From: Armatimonadota bacterium
GTDB lineage: Bacteria; Armatimonadota; Armatimonadia; Armatimonadales; Armatimonadaceae
DNA: 16,768 bases
Direction: 5' to 3'
NCBI GenBank assembly: GCA_043754515.1
Contig: JAYUUO010000047.1
Span: forward strand, 1-16,768
Below are positions 15,282-16,768 of the stretch, piece after piece. A program made the translations under genes and the position numbers. How positions within the stretch are numbered: position 1 is the stretch's first letter; each line of letters starts with the position of its first letter. The notes beneath the pieces were generated by a model, which had not been told where the DNA came from, ran no database searches, and saw nothing but the letters and a program-made list of their open reading frames with translations.

Positions 15282-16766
15282 TTAGTTACTTTTTGGCAGT
15301 TTTGCTTTCAACTGGTGGACCAAATCATGCATCAGCTTAAGCGTCCGCCTTTCAGACGCAGGGTCGTGCCTCACCATAGTATATGGAAATGGTAAAGCCG
15401 TGAGGCATCCCACGAGCGGACCCTCACGCATATCAGGTACTATGGTCGTGTGTGGTGCTACGTCAGACAGAACCTGCACTCCTTCTTCAACCTCTTCTAA
15501 AAACTTTGCCATATTCCGAGCACTCTTTGATGTTCGGACCGCTTTGTTAACTTCCTGTGCACCATCCGCACGAACGCGGGTTTCCATCGCCTCCCTTGCT
15601 TCCCTCATAAATCGTCGAGTAATGGGTCTATAGGCCGCGCGTACAGATCTCGGTATTGGTTGTGTTCGCCTGCCTCTATGTATAGTATCAACCCAAGATC
15701 CATTTGGTCTGACAATGGTCTCACCATTCGGATGGTATATGTGCATATCGGGATTCGGTAATTCTGCCTTATCAATCCGGTAAAGTGTTTTTCCTGGACC
15801 TTGTATTTCGCCCGATAGCCCATCAGGATCAACACCCATGACGGGGTTGCCGTCGCAGTAGGCGTAGACGTTGATGCCGCCGTCGTAGCCCGCCGGGTCG
15901 CGCGTTAGCCAACGACCGGTTGACGGGTCGTAGAAACGGTTCTGGCAGTAAATCAGTCCCGTGTCAGTGTCGCTATAGTAGCCGGATTGTCCTTTATACA
16001 GAAAAGGGAAGTCCAATTCGTCGTAGTATATGTATCCAGATGGTGATTCAGGGCTTGAAAAATATTGTTCAGTAATCTGACCATAAGCCGTATAAACCTG
16101 TTGCGAAATTATCGGAGGACCTGTGTAAGCCATGAAACCAGATTGAGCACGCCGAATGGCAGATATCCTCTGTACACAGTTTCCAACCAGATCGTAAACC
16201 GGAATTGTCCTCAATTCTCTGAGGCTAGCACTGGAATTGTCATTCTCCGTAATATATAGACCATCGGGTCCATAATAATACCTCTTACTGACGGTTATGG
16301 AACTCGAAGTATAATTGGAACCGATCAGGACATTCGTTTCACCAACCAACAAACCATTGGCATAGAAGTAATACCTGCGATAGTTGCTTCCACCTCTTGT
16401 GTACGCCTTCCACGCTCGCAAGCCATTCGGAAAATAGGCATACTGTAGCGTACTTCCAATCTGAGTAAGGCGGTCTACTGCGTCGAAAGACATGGTTTGG
16501 TTCTTATATAGAACGGGGTTCCCACTGTTATCGTAACCAAACTGCTCCCCGCTCAATTGGTTGTTCCCGTTGAACTCGAACGTTGGCCCGGCAAAATTAG
16601 TGATATTCCCCGCCGCATCATACTGATATGTACCGCTGAGAGAATCACTCGTCACACGATTATGTCTGTCATAGACATATGAAATGTTGTATGTTTTGCC
16701 TGTTACGTAGCTACTAGGCACGGTTCCCGGCGAATATCCCACTACTGACCAGTGGGGGGACGACGG
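15282..16766 (-). CDS. Rhs/YD-repeat protein with Rhs-associated core and variable C-terminal toxin; 5'-truncated by the window
   Basis: YD repeats (YVYDRHNRV, YQYDAAGNI, FGYDNSGN, FDAVDRL); core YKGQSGYYSDTDTGLIYCQNRFYDPSTGRWLTRDP...NVYAYCDGNPVMGVDPDGL; frame open to the edge. Confidence 0.93.
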   Translation of the reverse strand, partial: PSSPHWSVVGYSPGTVPSSYVTGKTYNISYVYDRHNRVTSDSLSGTYQYDAAGNITNFAGPTFEFNGNNQLSGEQFGYDNSGNPVLYKNQTMSFDAVDRLTQIGSTLQYAYFPNGLRAWKAYTRGGSNYRRYYFYANGLLVGETNVLIGSNYTSSSITVSKRYYYGPDGLYITENDNSSASLRELRTIPVYDLVGNCVQRISAIRRAQSGFMAYTGPPIISQQVYTAYGQITEQYFSSPESPSGYIYYDELDFPFLYKGQSGYYSDTDTGLIYCQNRFYDPSTGRWLTRDPAGYDGGINVYAYCDGNPVMGVDPDGLSGEIQGPGKTLYRIDKAELPNPDMHIYHPNGETIVRPNGSWVDTIHRGRRTQPIPRSVRAAYRPITRRFMREAREAMETRVRADGAQEVNKAVRTSKSARNMAKFLEEVEEGVQVLSDVAPHTTIVPDMREGPLVGCLTALPFPYTMVRHDPASERRTLKLMHDLVHQLKAKLPKSN

Positions 16767-16768
16767 TT

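Larger units (their letters stand above)
12540..16768 (-). other. AT-richer accessory island: Rhs polymorphic toxin and immunity locus (continues past the right edge)
   Basis: Abrupt GC drop after folD; all supported genes on the minus strand; Rhs core followed by small acidic ORFs. Confidence 0.75.

Noticed and set aside
1..16768. tRNA, rRNA, transposase or integrase genes
   Set aside because: No cloverleaf, rRNA-like segment or recombinase motif seen by eye; a covariance-model scan would be needed to exclude small RNAs

Overview
High-GC bacterial chromosomal segment, probably Armatimonadota (inferred from a TPI insertion and the gene repertoire; not proven). Positions 1-12447 are mostly housekeeping genes: ispA, an atypical hfq-like gene, tpiA and a rplU-rpmA-obgE-GNAT-nusB-folD operon. 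Accessory genes are interspersed: a Zn-ribbon/TM protein, a GspG-C-like membrane protein and a doubly frameshifted DUF1963/YwqG-like gene. From about 12540 the DNA becomes AT-richer and holds a minus-strand polymorphic-toxin locus: the 3' part of an Rhs gene with an unrecognised 177-aa C-terminal tip, two paralogous putative immunity genes (one TPR-fused), and an orphan toxin-tip remnant coupled to a further immunity-like gene. The most notable unexplained structures are a 52-bp inverted-repeat pair whose arms each fold into three small hairpins, a candidate uORF-plus-hairpin leader before a small Cys/His basic protein, an Hfq variant next to a DGPR-repeat disordered protein, and a structured rplU leader. 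All calls were made by eye without database searches.
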